Shown: positions 19,109 through 30,248 of the stretch, in pieces
How positions within the stretch are numbered: the stretch's first letter is position 1
How the letters are laid out: the number at the start of each line of letters is the position of its first letter
IMG/VR virus record: IMGVR_UViG_3300027772_001884
From: an uncultured virus (IMG/VR IMGVR_UViG_3300027772_001884)
Lineage: Duplodnaviria; Heunggongvirae; Uroviricota; Caudoviricetes
Length of the DNA: 64,000 nucleotides
Strand: one strand, 5' to 3'
Made by a program: the position numbers and the translations under genes
The notes under the pieces: generated by a model
What the model was told of the DNA's origin: nothing
Seen by the model: the letters and a program-made list of their open reading frames with translations, nothing else
Databases searched by the model: none

Positions 19109-22100
19109 GCAAGCAAACAAAAAAGCCAGCAGAAATAGCCGCTAAAAAGGTTAAAAATGTAAACCTTTTACCGCAGATATTTGTCACTGAGCCTAACAAG
19201 AAAATGTTAGACTCTAGTTTAGATTTAATGACCAGCAAAGGTCAGTTATCTAACTTTAAAGAAACACTGGGGTTGAGGTCTGCTACCAACGGTGTCACTG
19301 AATTCTTTACCGTAGAAAACAATGAAGTTCGCCGAGAAAGTCAAGCTAATAACATGCTTGTTATGAAGGACAACGAAGATTCTTATTTAGGTAAAGCAAG
19401 TTACTTGGACATTGAAAATTATTTCCGAGTAAAAGGCTTGGAATTAAAAGACGGCATTCAATTAGACAAGGACATCAATATTGTAGACTTGCCAATCATT
19501 TCAAGAAGACTATCTGACTATCACTTATACTATTGGGTTGCCAATGATTTACCAGCGATGAGACTGCATTTTGTACAAGCAGGCGGTGGTGGAAACAAAT
19601 TTTCTGTAGTAGACGATATACTAGGAAAACCAACTGTTACTATAATTTCTGATAGTTATTTAGATGGTGAAAAAGTTATACTGAGTAAATCATTGGCATT
19701 ACAAAACGGCATGGTTGTTTACTTTACTGGCTTTGTTGATTCGGATTATAAAACAAATGATATAGACGACCCAAAAACTTATTTTGTTCTGGGCGCTGGA
19801 GAAAGTATTTCTTTATTAAGAACAACAAATATAGATAAAAGAATCCCCAACAGTTATCTTAAGAAACGTCCATGGGACAAGTCAGACCCATTAGTCGATG
19901 CGCCTGCTATTAAATGGGACAGCGAGCTATGGGATGGAAGTCAAATTGTTACCTCAGAACCAGAATATATAACCATGGACAAATATATCGCCAATGAAAA
20001 TCACTGGGGTGTAATAGATCATTGGTATCATATTAATTTAATTAAAACTGTAGCAGATTTTTTAGATGTTTCTGTTAGTGACATTGTAACTGAAGATAAT
20101 AAAGCAAAACGCCCAATTATTACTTTTAATAGATACACAAAACTTTATAATTGGCCCAATAACTTAAGAACAACCGTGTCGACAATTCTTACTGGTGAAG
20201 TTTCAGATTATATAGGAAAAGCCGGTATTAAAGATTTGTATGGTTACACATTGGTCAACAGCGATAGACTAGTGTTTGAAAACAGTCCTGGAATTTATAC
20301 AGTTTCTAATCCCAGCACAAATGCAAGTTTTGTACAAACAACCACGACCGTAACAGGTGATGGTGCGTTAGTTGTAGTCAATTCTAATATTAATTACTAT
20401 AGATTAATTTATAAAAATAACAGATGGCAGTTTGCACAGAATAAAACAACAAAGAATCAATGTCCTAGATTTGAATTTTATACTAGTGATGACGTTCACT
20501 TAGAAACATTTAATGAAATTGATTATCATGGAGGAGTTATCCTCGACTTTGCTTCGGGCCCGGTCTATGATTACACATTGGCCAGAAGCATCCAAGTTAG
20601 TAGCATCGATTTTGATATAATTAATGAAAATAATTCACTGAACATTAGTCCCAATCAAATAAAGTTTACAACTGATATAGATAAAATGTTTTCCTATAAT
20701 GATGAAACTACAGGAGAAGAAATACAAATTAAAGGGCCGTATGGTTACAAATTTTTGTCGGCTTCTGCGATATCATTTTATCAGCCTCGACGAGGTTTGG
20801 ATATTACAAGGCAAACTCAAGATCTGTTCTATGATGATAATACAGAAACTCAGTGGAGCAAGGAGATAATTCCCACTGCCGACGGATTTGATTCCATTCA
20901 TATATTTTATGACGAAACAGAAAAGTTAAAATTCTATTTTAATGTACAAGGCCACGGTTTAATTAGATTTTCTAGTAAAAGAGGATTCAACAATCTTGAA
21001 CAAGTTATACCTTTAATATCTGGCAGCAATTTTAAAATAGTTTGTCATGATTTACCTTACTCAATAACTTTTTATCGAACAGAAATAATAGATAATATTT
21101 CTAGATCTGTATTATTAGAAGAACCATATTGCTTTAATAACGGAACCAGCAATGGCGTCATTGAATTAGATCTGTCCGCTAGTATTTTAGAAGATTCTAA
21201 TTATATCGATAATATATTAAACATAGACAATACTAGATTATTCTGGACAGCCAACAGCATAACTAAATCAGCAATTATTCGTCCTGTAAATAAATGGAGA
21301 TTTTTACAATTTGCTTACCTGCGAGACAAAACTAATCCGATTTACGAAAACTATGATTATACCATCAGCGATATAACTCAAGAAGACGGTTCGTTGAGTT
21401 ATTATCAGCAATTGATCTCTACACCTATATTAAACCAAAAATCAAAATATGGAGATAAGATTTGTTTGGATACTTTGATATCCAATCCAGTGAGTAAAAC
21501 AGCTCCGCTAAGTTTAACTACGAATCCGTTGAACGCTAAACTCGATGTTATTAATTATTATTCGCTGTATCAACATACAATTAATTTAAAGTCAAATGCT
21601 TCAAATGCAAAAGAAGCATTGCAAACTGATCCTTCGTTGATTGTCTCTAGCATAGGCGGAGGCACATTATTAAAACATAATAGCCCGTTGGCAAAAGCGG
21701 CAATTGTTGCAACCAACTTGCCCTATGACTTCAGTGAAATCATTATTAAACAAGGCAAGCACTACGACTCATTTTTAAATAAGTTAACATTTGAACTACA
21801 ACAAGTTATAAACAAAAATGACATATCTGTTATGTCTAGTTTAAATATTCTAAATTTAGCGGTCAGTAACATCTTTTTAAATCAAACTAATAATGAAAAT
21901 TTCTGGTACCATAGTAACATGCTGGGCTGGGGTAATTCTATTAATTATGTTGAGAAAAAAATAACAATCACTAACGTTTTTACAATACCACTCAACAATG
22001 GATTAAGTTTAATCGATCATGCCGCTGGCAAAGAAACTATACTACATATTATTGCTGATAATAAACTATTGACACGTGGTGTAGATTATACACTGTTGTC

Positions 22101-25100
22101 GTCAGAAGACTATTATACTAGTATTGTATTGGATAATAAATTTGCCAATACAGAAGTAACTATTAGACAATGGACTGATGAATTTAATTCTAAGATTCCT
22201 GCCAGTTTGGCAAAAATCGGCTTGAGCTCAGTTTATCAGCCTGAAGTTTATGCAGACACAAGCTATGCCGATACAAAATATTTCTTATGCAGACACGATG
22301 GCACACGTTTATATTTAGAAGATGGTGTAGACGAAAACAATTATCCAAACAACACCATTGAAAAGTTATTATTTGAATATGAAAAAGCTGTGTGGTCAAG
22401 TATTGCATATGACATAGAAAATAACAGCAATGCTTCTTTGCTGGAAGATCAACCAGGTTATTTTAGATCAGGCAGATACACATGGTCAGAAATAAGAACT
22501 GTAGTTAACAGCGAAGTCTTATCGTGGATGGCAGAAAATAATATTTTCACAATGTCCAATGACGCCTACGAAGAATCTGATCCTTTTACCTACATCTATC
22601 AACTAGGCAGCGGAGACGATGCTACAACAATGACTGGTTCCTGGAGAGCAGTTTATAAATATTTGTACGACACTGATCGTCCTCATACACATCCTTGGGA
22701 AATGCTGGGGTATACTTTAAAGCCAACGTGGTGGGATACTCATTACTCTTGGACTGACACAGTTAAGAGAACAGCATTGGAAAAGGCTTTACGCACAGGA
22801 AACACTGGAACACCAGCACAGCCCAAGACTAATCCGTTCTTTGCTAGAGTAAACAATGTCAACGATCCGGAGGATTTTCCTGTGGCTCTTGATGGTTCAC
22901 TGCTTGCCCCGTCAGAATTATCATGGTTAGATGCAGTGTCACTGATAGATAATGGTTGGGTAGTAGGACAGCAAGGCCCATTCGAAACTGTGTTCCTTAA
23001 TACTCAAAGAGGTTCGGCCGCAGAAGTTAAATTAAAATTCTTAGCCAGTCCCGCTAGATATGTCAATACAAACTGGGTACCTGGACAAGTAACAACCAAC
23101 AAATGGGGAATTAAATTAGATTCTACCAGTAATTTTTGGCAAACATGTAACATCGAACACAACTATCATAGAAAAGTTGTCGACGGAGTCATAACATATA
23201 CTGCTGGTATAGAAAGTTTGTATGCAGAATTCTGTGCGCTTAATAACCGTGATTTTAAATCAACTGTCATAGATAAATTTAACAATTTAATAGTTAACAA
23301 AGAATTCTTATTAAGCGGATTCAGTAATAAAAATAATATTAGAATTGAAAGTACAAGTATTGCAAGTCAACGCAAGACATTATTTGTACCCGAAGAAAAT
23401 TACGCAGTTAGATTGATTAAACATTATTCAGATAGAGAAATATTCTATTCTGCAATGCGAATAATTTGGAACGGAACATCATATTCTATTCACGGATTTG
23501 CCAACGAACAAGGATATTTTAATTATCTTACTCCAGCAACAAACAGCGCCCTTACTGCTAAAACTATAGGTAATGTTGTAGTTAAAGAAAAAAATGTATA
23601 CAGTAATGAACTAGCATCGATGACCTACGGACAAGAGTTTGTCAGCAGACAAGAAATATATGACATCATTATTGGCTACGGAAAATATTTAGAAAGTCAA
23701 GGATTTAAGTTTGAAGAAGTTGAATCCTACGATCTACGCAACTGGCAGTTGAGTGCAAGTCAGTTTATATATTGGAGTAATGAGGTCATTGCTCCTGGTA
23801 ATTACATTGATTTAAATCCCGCGGCTTCTGGTATTGTATTGACAATGCCACAAGGACAATTAGAAAATTTAGAAGGCACCAACGAAAATGTTGGACAATG
23901 TGTAGACCGCAAAAATAAACCATTGTTCAGTAAAGACTTATTAGTTGATCGCAGTGATGATATCACAGTCAAAACCAAGGATACTAGTAATCCAGTTTAT
24001 GGCATTAAATTAACATTTGCTACCTATGAATCCGTTGTACACTTAGATTCCACCAGCGTGTTTAATGACATATACTTCCTGCCGGATCAGTGTACAACCA
24101 AGCGTAGTTTTGTAATAGGCGGCAAAAAGAGTCAAGCATGGGATGGGAAATATTTTGTTCCTGGATATGTTGTCAGCGATGATTCTATTATTCCTAACTA
24201 TGACACATTCTCTGAAGTTGGAAGAAATCTATTAGATATAGAAAATGTCGTCGATGATAAAACAATACTGGCTGCTAGCAGAGCCCAATTTGGCTTAACT
24301 AGAAATCCAGAATTACGTCAATTGTTTTTACAAGAAGAAACAGAGACGCTGTTTAAAAATGCAATTACTTATACAAAAGGCACCAAGCAGGTATTCGCTG
24401 GCCTGGAGCCACTGACTCACAGTGACGGAAGTTCAACCTTGCCCTTGGAAGAATACATGGTACGCATAGGTGAGTTCGGAAATACTAAAAATATTGAATT
24501 TTATGAATTTGAATTAGCATCTGATGATTTGTCCCGTAATCCACAGGTCATTAGTTTTGTGTCCGATAATGATGACAAAGTAAGTCCTTATATTCACTAT
24601 ATCACTGATAACTCGCAGAAATGGGTTCACAGACCTTATAGAAAAAATTTAACATTTAAACCATTAGGTAGAACATACACTGATTTAAAAACCAGCGGTC
24701 CTATCATCGAAGGAGATACTAATTTTAGTGTTGCCATATTAGATGACCTACCTGCATTATACAGTAATTTCACAGACCTGCATGATATAGAATCATATTC
24801 AGCCAATAAATCTTATAAGAAAAATTCGCAGGTTCGATACAACGGATTCTTGTACTATTCAATAACTACGGTTAGTCCAAATACATGGACTAATAACAGC
24901 GATAAATTTACTCGGATAAACGAACCATTTTTGCCCAACATATTTGTTGCAAATTATAATAGGCCCAATCCTAATTTATTGGGTACAGGCAACAGTATGT
25001 TCACACCCGGTACTTGGCAAGTGTTACAAACGATAGACAGAAATATTGCAGTAACAGAAATATGCGCTGGCCTTACAGACGTAAGTAAAGCTAGAGTTAC

Positions 25101-27534
25101 TTGTAATTTTGCTCATAGAGTAGAAGCCGGTGATTATGTATTAATTATTAACGCAAGCTCTGCAAATTCCACAGTCGATGGTATATGGCGTGTGGATTCC
25201 ATTGAGAATAATTTTGGATTTTATATTAATACCAGAGTCACAGAAGCTATCACTACGGGTAAAGTATTTGCATTTAAGCCAATTAGATTTAAAAATCTTG
25301 CTGAATTAAATGCTGCCACAGGCGCAAATGCAGAAACATATGGGTATGCATGGAAGAGAAAATATGATCCTTTCAGCAACGCAATAGGCACTACTAATTT
25401 TACATTACCAATTACTCCCAGCAAATATAATGCCGATTTTCCTATTGCAATTATCGACGATGGTGCGGCCAATAACAAAGGAGATGTCAGCTTTGACTTT
25501 GGAAACTATAAAGTCTACGAAATAATTCAAACTGATGTCATTAGAAAAACTGTGGTTAAAACTGATTCACTGCCTTTAGACCTCAGTGACATAGAACATT
25601 TGATAATCTATGACTATGATTCTAATAAAGTCATGGCTAAGTTAGAATTATTCGATCCTAGAAAAATGTATCTACCAAAGGTATTTAAAGATGACATAGA
25701 AGTTATAAATCGTGTGGATCCTGCAAAATATACTCGCACCACCGACGAATATAAGAGTGCATATGCAAGTCTTGGATGGTATGAAGAATATGTGGGACAT
25801 CGCTGGTGGGATACTAGTACGACTCAGTTCAGTGACTACGAAAGTGGTGACACACTAACAAGAGCAAGATATTGGGGAACTACTGTTGATAGTAAACTTC
25901 CAGATATCTATGAATGGACAAAAAGTCCAGTGCATCCCACGCAATGGAATAATTTAGTAAAAGCCAGCGGCTCCGCATTTGGCCAACGTGCTTCGGGTGA
26001 AGTTTATGTTGACTCTACTTCCGGAAAAGATAATTATCACTGGGTTGAAGAACAAGATTATGTCAACGGTAATATTTATAACGTGTTTTATTTCTGGGTA
26101 AAGAACAAAGATACTATCAGCCCAGAAAGTAAAGCTGTGAGAATTTATTCTACTAAACAGTTGAGTAAAATAATATTAAATCCAAGTGCCGCAGGCCTGG
26201 CCTGGTATGCACCTATTAGCAATAATAGTATTATGTTCAAGGGCATAGAACATCTTTTAAATAATTCCAGCACAGTGGTTCAAATTAAGAAAAAATTAAA
26301 AGGCGAAGAGAAACATCAACAATGGTTGTTTGTATCAGAAGCAAATAACACAGAAACTATTCCACAATGGATACACACACGCTTCCGAGACAGTATTGCC
26401 AGCGGCATACACTATAAATCAACAGCAAATTATGTTGATTATAGTACAGCTACTACACATCGTCCCAGAGACATTGTGCAATATAATTCTAATTTTTATA
26501 TTTGTCATACTCAAACAACGGGAACATTTAACAGCTCAAAGTGGCATTTAATAACCGGTGCAGAGTATATAGATAGCAATACGTTTGAGTTTAATATTAC
26601 CAAAAACATCCCTGACGTGATAAAATTACATAGATATTCACAACTAGGAAATTCTATTAGACCATATGCACAGGGATGGTTCAGAGATATCTACGAAGCA
26701 AGAAGAACATTTATTAAAAAAACAAATCAGTTATTATTAAACGTCGATATCAGTTCCTTGCCGAATTGGGGTGACATTTTAAATCAAACAGCATACATAT
26801 TGTTTGATGAAACGATTGACTTGACAAAATATTGGACATTAGTAGATTATCAAAGCGAGGGCTATGATTCCACAAAAGAAATAACTTTGACTGTATCTAA
26901 ATTGGCTGAAATTTATACATCTTATGTAACAGTGAATTCATATATCAAAGTATTGGAAGATAAATCTATATATGAAAAAGATGTAGATGGAGGATTCAAA
27001 GTAGTTTATAGAACTGCTGATAAAACAAATCAACGCGGCGCAATTAAACTCAGCGATGAATTGTTTGATCCTAAAGGCACATGGGATGGCTCTAAATGGA
27101 ATGCAATTAACATTCCTTGGGACTTTGACTTCTGCAATATATTTTATGCAATAACAGAAGCACTGCGAAATAATCTTTTTGTAGATACATACAAAGTCAG
27201 CTACTCTAAAATGATGTGCGCCATGTTTAGGTATGTGTTAAGCGAACAAACTAATGTAGATTGGCTGCAAAAGTCCAGTACAATAGAACCCATTAATTTA
27301 ATAAACAGAAATTTAGATAAAATGAATACACTTCGTCGTGATGACATTGACATATTTTCAAACTTTTATACCAGTGTAAAAAGTTACAGAGATAAAATTC
27401 GAAGTTCCACAGTTAATAAACAGTTAATAGAAAATACCAATTTGTCCATGGACGAAACATTGTCAGTGGAAGACACTGAAATTAACATTGGTTATGGCGG
27501 CGAACTTGCCGGAGAAGGCACCATCTTTAACTAA
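19105..27534 (+). CDS. Very large virion structural protein (putative gp7-like baseplate wedge)
   Basis: 2809 aa after gp6; NLLPQIFVT N-terminus, YDTDRPHTHPWEMLG, IYEWTKS motifs; two short carbohydrate-binding-like aromatic repeats. Confidence 0.65.
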   Translation: MSKQTKKPAEIAAKKVKNVNLLPQIFVTEPNKKMLDSSLDLMTSKGQLSNFKETLGLRSATNGVTEFFTVENNEVRRESQANNMLVMKDNEDSYLGKASYLDIENYFRVKGLELKDGIQLDKDINIVDLPIISRRLSDYHLYYWVANDLPAMRLHFVQAGGGGNKFSVVDDILGKPTVTIISDSYLDGEKVILSKSLALQNGMVVYFTGFVDSDYKTNDIDDPKTYFVLGAGESISLLRTTNIDKRIPNSYLKKRPWDKSDPLVDAPAIKWDSELWDGSQIVTSEPEYITMDKYIANENHWGVIDHWYHINLIKTVADFLDVSVSDIVTEDNKAKRPIITFNRYTKLYNWPNNLRTTVSTILTGEVSDYIGKAGIKDLYGYTLVNSDRLVFENSPGIYTVSNPSTNASFVQTTTTVTGDGALVVVNSNINYYRLIYKNNRWQFAQNKTTKNQCPRFEFYTSDDVHLETFNEIDYHGGVILDFASGPVYDYTLARSIQVSSIDFDIINENNSLNISPNQIKFTTDIDKMFSYNDETTGEEIQIKGPYGYKFLSASAISFYQPRRGLDITRQTQDLFYDDNTETQWSKEIIPTADGFDSIHIFYDETEKLKFYFNVQGHGLIRFSSKRGFNNLEQVIPLISGSNFKIVCHDLPYSITFYRTEIIDNISRSVLLEEPYCFNNGTSNGVIELDLSASILEDSNYIDNILNIDNTRLFWTANSITKSAIIRPVNKWRFLQFAYLRDKTNPIYENYDYTISDITQEDGSLSYYQQLISTPILNQKSKYGDKICLDTLISNPVSKTAPLSLTTNPLNAKLDVINYYSLYQHTINLKSNASNAKEALQTDPSLIVSSIGGGTLLKHNSPLAKAAIVATNLPYDFSEIIIKQGKHYDSFLNKLTFELQQVINKNDISVMSSLNILNLAVSNIFLNQTNNENFWYHSNMLGWGNSINYVEKKITITNVFTIPLNNGLSLIDHAAGKETILHIIADNKLLTRGVDYTLLSSEDYYTSIVLDNKFANTEVTIRQWTDEFNSKIPASLAKIGLSSVYQPEVYADTSYADTKYFLCRHDGTRLYLEDGVDENNYPNNTIEKLLFEYEKAVWSSIAYDIENNSNASLLEDQPGYFRSGRYTWSEIRTVVNSEVLSWMAENNIFTMSNDAYEESDPFTYIYQLGSGDDATTMTGSWRAVYKYLYDTDRPHTHPWEMLGYTLKPTWWDTHYSWTDTVKRTALEKALRTGNTGTPAQPKTNPFFARVNNVNDPEDFPVALDGSLLAPSELSWLDAVSLIDNGWVVGQQGPFETVFLNTQRGSAAEVKLKFLASPARYVNTNWVPGQVTTNKWGIKLDSTSNFWQTCNIEHNYHRKVVDGVITYTAGIESLYAEFCALNNRDFKSTVIDKFNNLIVNKEFLLSGFSNKNNIRIESTSIASQRKTLFVPEENYAVRLIKHYSDREIFYSAMRIIWNGTSYSIHGFANEQGYFNYLTPATNSALTAKTIGNVVVKEKNVYSNELASMTYGQEFVSRQEIYDIIIGYGKYLESQGFKFEEVESYDLRNWQLSASQFIYWSNEVIAPGNYIDLNPAASGIVLTMPQGQLENLEGTNENVGQCVDRKNKPLFSKDLLVDRSDDITVKTKDTSNPVYGIKLTFATYESVVHLDSTSVFNDIYFLPDQCTTKRSFVIGGKKSQAWDGKYFVPGYVVSDDSIIPNYDTFSEVGRNLLDIENVVDDKTILAASRAQFGLTRNPELRQLFLQEETETLFKNAITYTKGTKQVFAGLEPLTHSDGSSTLPLEEYMVRIGEFGNTKNIEFYEFELASDDLSRNPQVISFVSDNDDKVSPYIHYITDNSQKWVHRPYRKNLTFKPLGRTYTDLKTSGPIIEGDTNFSVAILDDLPALYSNFTDLHDIESYSANKSYKKNSQVRYNGFLYYSITTVSPNTWTNNSDKFTRINEPFLPNIFVANYNRPNPNLLGTGNSMFTPGTWQVLQTIDRNIAVTEICAGLTDVSKARVTCNFAHRVEAGDYVLIINASSANSTVDGIWRVDSIENNFGFYINTRVTEAITTGKVFAFKPIRFKNLAELNAATGANAETYGYAWKRKYDPFSNAIGTTNFTLPITPSKYNADFPIAIIDDGAANNKGDVSFDFGNYKVYEIIQTDVIRKTVVKTDSLPLDLSDIEHLIIYDYDSNKVMAKLELFDPRKMYLPKVFKDDIEVINRVDPAKYTRTTDEYKSAYASLGWYEEYVGHRWWDTSTTQFSDYESGDTLTRARYWGTTVDSKLPDIYEWTKSPVHPTQWNNLVKASGSAFGQRASGEVYVDSTSGKDNYHWVEEQDYVNGNIYNVFYFWVKNKDTISPESKAVRIYSTKQLSKIILNPSAAGLAWYAPISNNSIMFKGIEHLLNNSSTVVQIKKKLKGEEKHQQWLFVSEANNTETIPQWIHTRFRDSIASGIHYKSTANYVDYSTATTHRPRDIVQYNSNFYICHTQTTGTFNSSKWHLITGAEYIDSNTFEFNITKNIPDVIKLHRYSQLGNSIRPYAQGWFRDIYEARRTFIKKTNQLLLNVDISSLPNWGDILNQTAYILFDETIDLTKYWTLVDYQSEGYDSTKEITLTVSKLAEIYTSYVTVNSYIKVLEDKSIYEKDVDGGFKVVYRTADKTNQRGAIKLSDELFDPKGTWDGSKWNAINIPWDFDFCNIFYAITEALRNNLFVDTYKVSYSKMMCAMFRYVLSEQTNVDWLQKSSTIEPINLINRNLDKMNTLRRDDIDIFSNFYTSVKSYRDKIRSSTVNKQLIENTNLSMDETLSVEDTEINIGYGGELAGEGTIFN

Positions 27535-27551
27535 GTAGTTAAAGAAACAGT

Positions 27552-27557
27552 TAAATA
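27552..27557 (+). promoter_or_regulatory. Putative late promoter core TAAATA
   Basis: Intergenic, upstream of AGGA and ATG 27576. Confidence 0.5.
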
Positions 27558-27575
27558 CAGTATACAGGAAATAAA

Positions 27576-28151
27576 ATGATAGATTCGACAAATATTAACA
27601 TTGATGGTCACGTAAAGATTTGGGATCCAAAGACTCAAGAAGTCTTTGTCAGTAAGCATAACGCAATTAATCCTGAAACAATGACGTTGATTATTGCCAC
27701 TATGTTACAAGGAAACAATAATTCCTACGTATATGAAATGCATTTCGGCAACGGCGGCTTGATCATAGACGAAACTGGAAACATCACTTACAACGACGTC
27801 ACTGATAATTTATCTACAGGTTTGCAAGCAGGACTGTATAATCCAACGTATTTCAAAGTTGTTGACATAGCTGACACTGCAAATAACTCAGATGATATTA
27901 ATAATAATGTAGTTGTAAATCATATCACTGGTTTAAACTACACTGATTTGGTGGTTACTTGCACAATAGAAGAAAATGAACCAGAGGCTGGACTCGGCGA
28001 TTATATTTTCAACGAATTAGGCCTAAAAAGCCGCGGAGCCGCTGGCAAAAATACAGGATATTTGTTGAGTCATATTGTATTCGATCCAGTGCAAAAGTCT
28101 GCAAACAGAGTAATACAGATTGTTTATACTTTAAGAATTAGACTAAACTAA
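27576..28151 (+). CDS. Putative baseplate/tail structural protein
   Basis: GHVKIWD...KHNAI...YIFNELGL...LLSHIVFDPVQKSANRVIQIVYTLRI; structural context. Confidence 0.6.
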   Translation: MIDSTNINIDGHVKIWDPKTQEVFVSKHNAINPETMTLIIATMLQGNNNSYVYEMHFGNGGLIIDETGNITYNDVTDNLSTGLQAGLYNPTYFKVVDIADTANNSDDINNNVVVNHITGLNYTDLVVTCTIEENEPEAGLGDYIFNELGLKSRGAAGKNTGYLLSHIVFDPVQKSANRVIQIVYTLRIRLN

Positions 28152-28157
28152 AATAGA

Positions 28158-28163
28158 TAAATA
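28158..28163 (+). promoter_or_regulatory. Putative late promoter core TAAATA
   Basis: Intergenic GATAAATA upstream of AAAGGA and ATG 28187. Confidence 0.5.
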
Positions 28164-28186
28164 ATACAATAAAGGAATTTCGAAGA

Positions 28187-29125
28187 ATGGCATATGATGT
28201 TACAAAAACAGACGGCACACGACTAACAATCGTTGCAGATAGAACAGTAGATACAACTACTCCTATTAAGTTGCTGGGTAAAAATTATTCCGCTTACGGC
28301 GAAATAATGGCAGAAAACCTAGTTCAGATGCTAGAGCACTTCAGTAACCCAGTTGCTCCATCAAATCCAATTACTGGTCAATTTTGGTGGAACAGTAATA
28401 CACGAGTTGTCAGCGTGTATGACGGTGTAAAATGGAATCCAATTGGCGGCACTGATTTAATTGGCGGTCCGGTAGACGGATTCAGCACAGCTTTAATTAA
28501 AGATATTTCAGGAATTTTTCATCGTGCTATTAAAATCCAAGTTGGAGCTTCAGTGAATGCAACAACCGGCACAATCGTTGCTATTATCAGCAGTGATGCT
28601 GGTACATATACTCCACATGCAGACACTGGTTTGCAAAATAGATTCCCGACTATTGGCTGCGGCATCAATATGAATGACGGCCAAGATGCTGGTTCTGAAT
28701 ATGGTAACTTTAAAATCCGTGGTCGTGCAATGGAAGCAGAATTTGCCGACATGGCCGAGATATACAGAAGTGATGTCGAACTTGTTCCTGGTAACATTGT
28801 TCGTCTGGGCGGCGAAATGGAAATTACTAAAACAATTAAAGCCTACGACGAAGAAGTATTTGGCATTATATCAACTGCTCCTGGCTTCTTGTTAAACAGC
28901 AAAATGAAAATGCAAGAAAATGCTTATCCTGTAGCATTGAAAGGGCGTGTGCCTTGTTTGGTAAAAGGCCCAGTTCGTAAAGGACAACGTATTGTTTCAA
29001 GTGAGGTGCAGGGTGTGGGAATGTCCACTGATGAATATAATCCAATAAACATTATTGGCAGAGCATTAAACGATAAAATCAGTAATGGTATTAGCACAGT
29101 AGAAGTAGCTGTTGGAGTGAGATAA
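28187..29125 (+). CDS. Short tail-fibre-like protein with C-terminal peptidase G2/chaperone-like domain
   Basis: LLGKNYSAYGE...ENLVQMLEHF...NPITGQFWW N-terminus; ADMAEIY...GIISTAPGFLLN...VALKGRVPC...IIGRAL C-terminus. Confidence 0.65.
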   Translation: MAYDVTKTDGTRLTIVADRTVDTTTPIKLLGKNYSAYGEIMAENLVQMLEHFSNPVAPSNPITGQFWWNSNTRVVSVYDGVKWNPIGGTDLIGGPVDGFSTALIKDISGIFHRAIKIQVGASVNATTGTIVAIISSDAGTYTPHADTGLQNRFPTIGCGINMNDGQDAGSEYGNFKIRGRAMEAEFADMAEIYRSDVELVPGNIVRLGGEMEITKTIKAYDEEVFGIISTAPGFLLNSKMKMQENAYPVALKGRVPCLVKGPVRKGQRIVSSEVQGVGMSTDEYNPINIIGRALNDKISNGISTVEVAVGVR

Positions 29126-29126
29126 A

Positions 29127-30194
29127 TTGGCATCAAAAGGGCAATTAATCACATCCAGTGACTATAACTTGTTGGTCAACAATACCAACAAAGTTTTTGC
29201 CGACATTTATCCCAGTAGTATCCCTAGAACAGTATTAGCTGATAAAATTAGACAGGGCTATGGATGGGGAAACACATCCGCTGGTTTAGCCAACACCGGA
29301 ACAAAAATTACGGCAGCATTGGTCAATGAAATGATCGACCGTATTAATTTAGGCGCTGAACATACGGGCAGTGTCTACGAACTAGATCGTGTTATAATTG
29401 GACAAAAGGTCACTGCCAGTATCTGGAATGATATAGAAACAGTGTCAGCCGATGTTGACACAAGACATAATTTATCAGCCATAGGACAACGAGCATTGGC
29501 TACTTTGGGAAACATCCCGAGAACCACACCATGGAATTCTAACTTAACATACACAGTGACTTTAAATTTTCAAAATTATGACAAAGCTAGATATTTCTTC
29601 AACAGCGATAGTAGCATTAATTTAAATTTAACAGGCACTGGATCCGGAGCGTCTGGGTTATGGCAATCAGTATACGCTAGATTCGGAGTTGTAAGTTTGA
29701 AATTAACTAATACGGTTTCGACTACTGCAAATATTATCAGCGAAAATAAAGGCTTTAGGGACTTGAACTCTGCTGAACAGTTATTATTATCTTGTAACAG
29801 CGCCGGCGGTGGCGGATATGGCTACGGATACGGATATGGCTACGGATATGGCTACGGCTACGGCAATGGCGGCGGCTACGGCTACGGCAATGGCGGCGAC
29901 AATGGCTACGGATATGGCTACGGATATGGCTACGGATATGGCTATGGATATGGCTATGGCGGCAGCAGAAGAAGTATACGAGTGTATGGTTCAATTGTAG
30001 CAACCAACGGAAGCTATACAACGGGTCCAGTTCAGTTGGTGTTGCGAGTTGTGTTACATAGTGCAGATTCAACAGAAGTAAATGGAACTCACACCTTGTA
30101 TGTGGAAAGTAACAAAGCCACTACAAAATCCAGCGGTAGTGCAACATTTTCAATTGGCCAGCCTGCCTTTTCTGGAATAGCTACATCTCCTTAA
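29127..30194 (+). CDS. Putative virion/tail protein with internal Gly-Tyr repeat
   Basis: TTG start; GYGWG and ARYFFNS motifs recalled from large-phage tail proteins; last gene of the structural block. Confidence 0.6.
   Translation: MASKGQLITSSDYNLLVNNTNKVFADIYPSSIPRTVLADKIRQGYGWGNTSAGLANTGTKITAALVNEMIDRINLGAEHTGSVYELDRVIIGQKVTASIWNDIETVSADVDTRHNLSAIGQRALATLGNIPRTTPWNSNLTYTVTLNFQNYDKARYFFNSDSSINLNLTGTGSGASGLWQSVYARFGVVSLKLTNTVSTTANIISENKGFRDLNSAEQLLLSCNSAGGGGYGYGYGYGYGYGYGYGNGGGYGYGNGGDNGYGYGYGYGYGYGYGYGYGGSRRSIRVYGSIVATNGSYTTGPVQLVLRVVLHSADSTEVNGTHTLYVESNKATTKSSGSATFSIGQPAFSGIATSP
29805..29963 (+). repeat. Coding tandem repeat encoding (GY)8-GNGG-(GY)2-GNGGDN-(GY)9
   Basis: 6-bp GGM-TAY units, often as the 12-mer GGATATGGCTAC; 19 Tyr in 53 codons. 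Confidence 0.95.
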
Positions 30195-30212
30195 AATATT
30201 TCATTTTGCTAC

Positions 30213-30220
30213 TATAAATA
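30213..30220 (+). promoter_or_regulatory. T4-type late promoter TATAAATA heading the biosynthetic cluster
   Basis: Exact consensus in intergenic region upstream of GGAG and ATG 30249. Confidence 0.75.
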
Positions 30221-30248
30221 CATTATACTAGTATATAATGGAGTCAAA

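Noticed and set aside
29805..29963. Possible CRISPR array or non-coding repeat
   Set aside because: 6/12-bp coding units with no unique spacers and no cas genes
29755..30072. Alternative-frame ORFs over the repeat (HSHIRSHIR... on minus, MATDMAT... on plus)
   Set aside because: Shadows of the GY repeat; variation falls at third positions of the Gly/Tyr frame, which is continuous with the 355-aa gene
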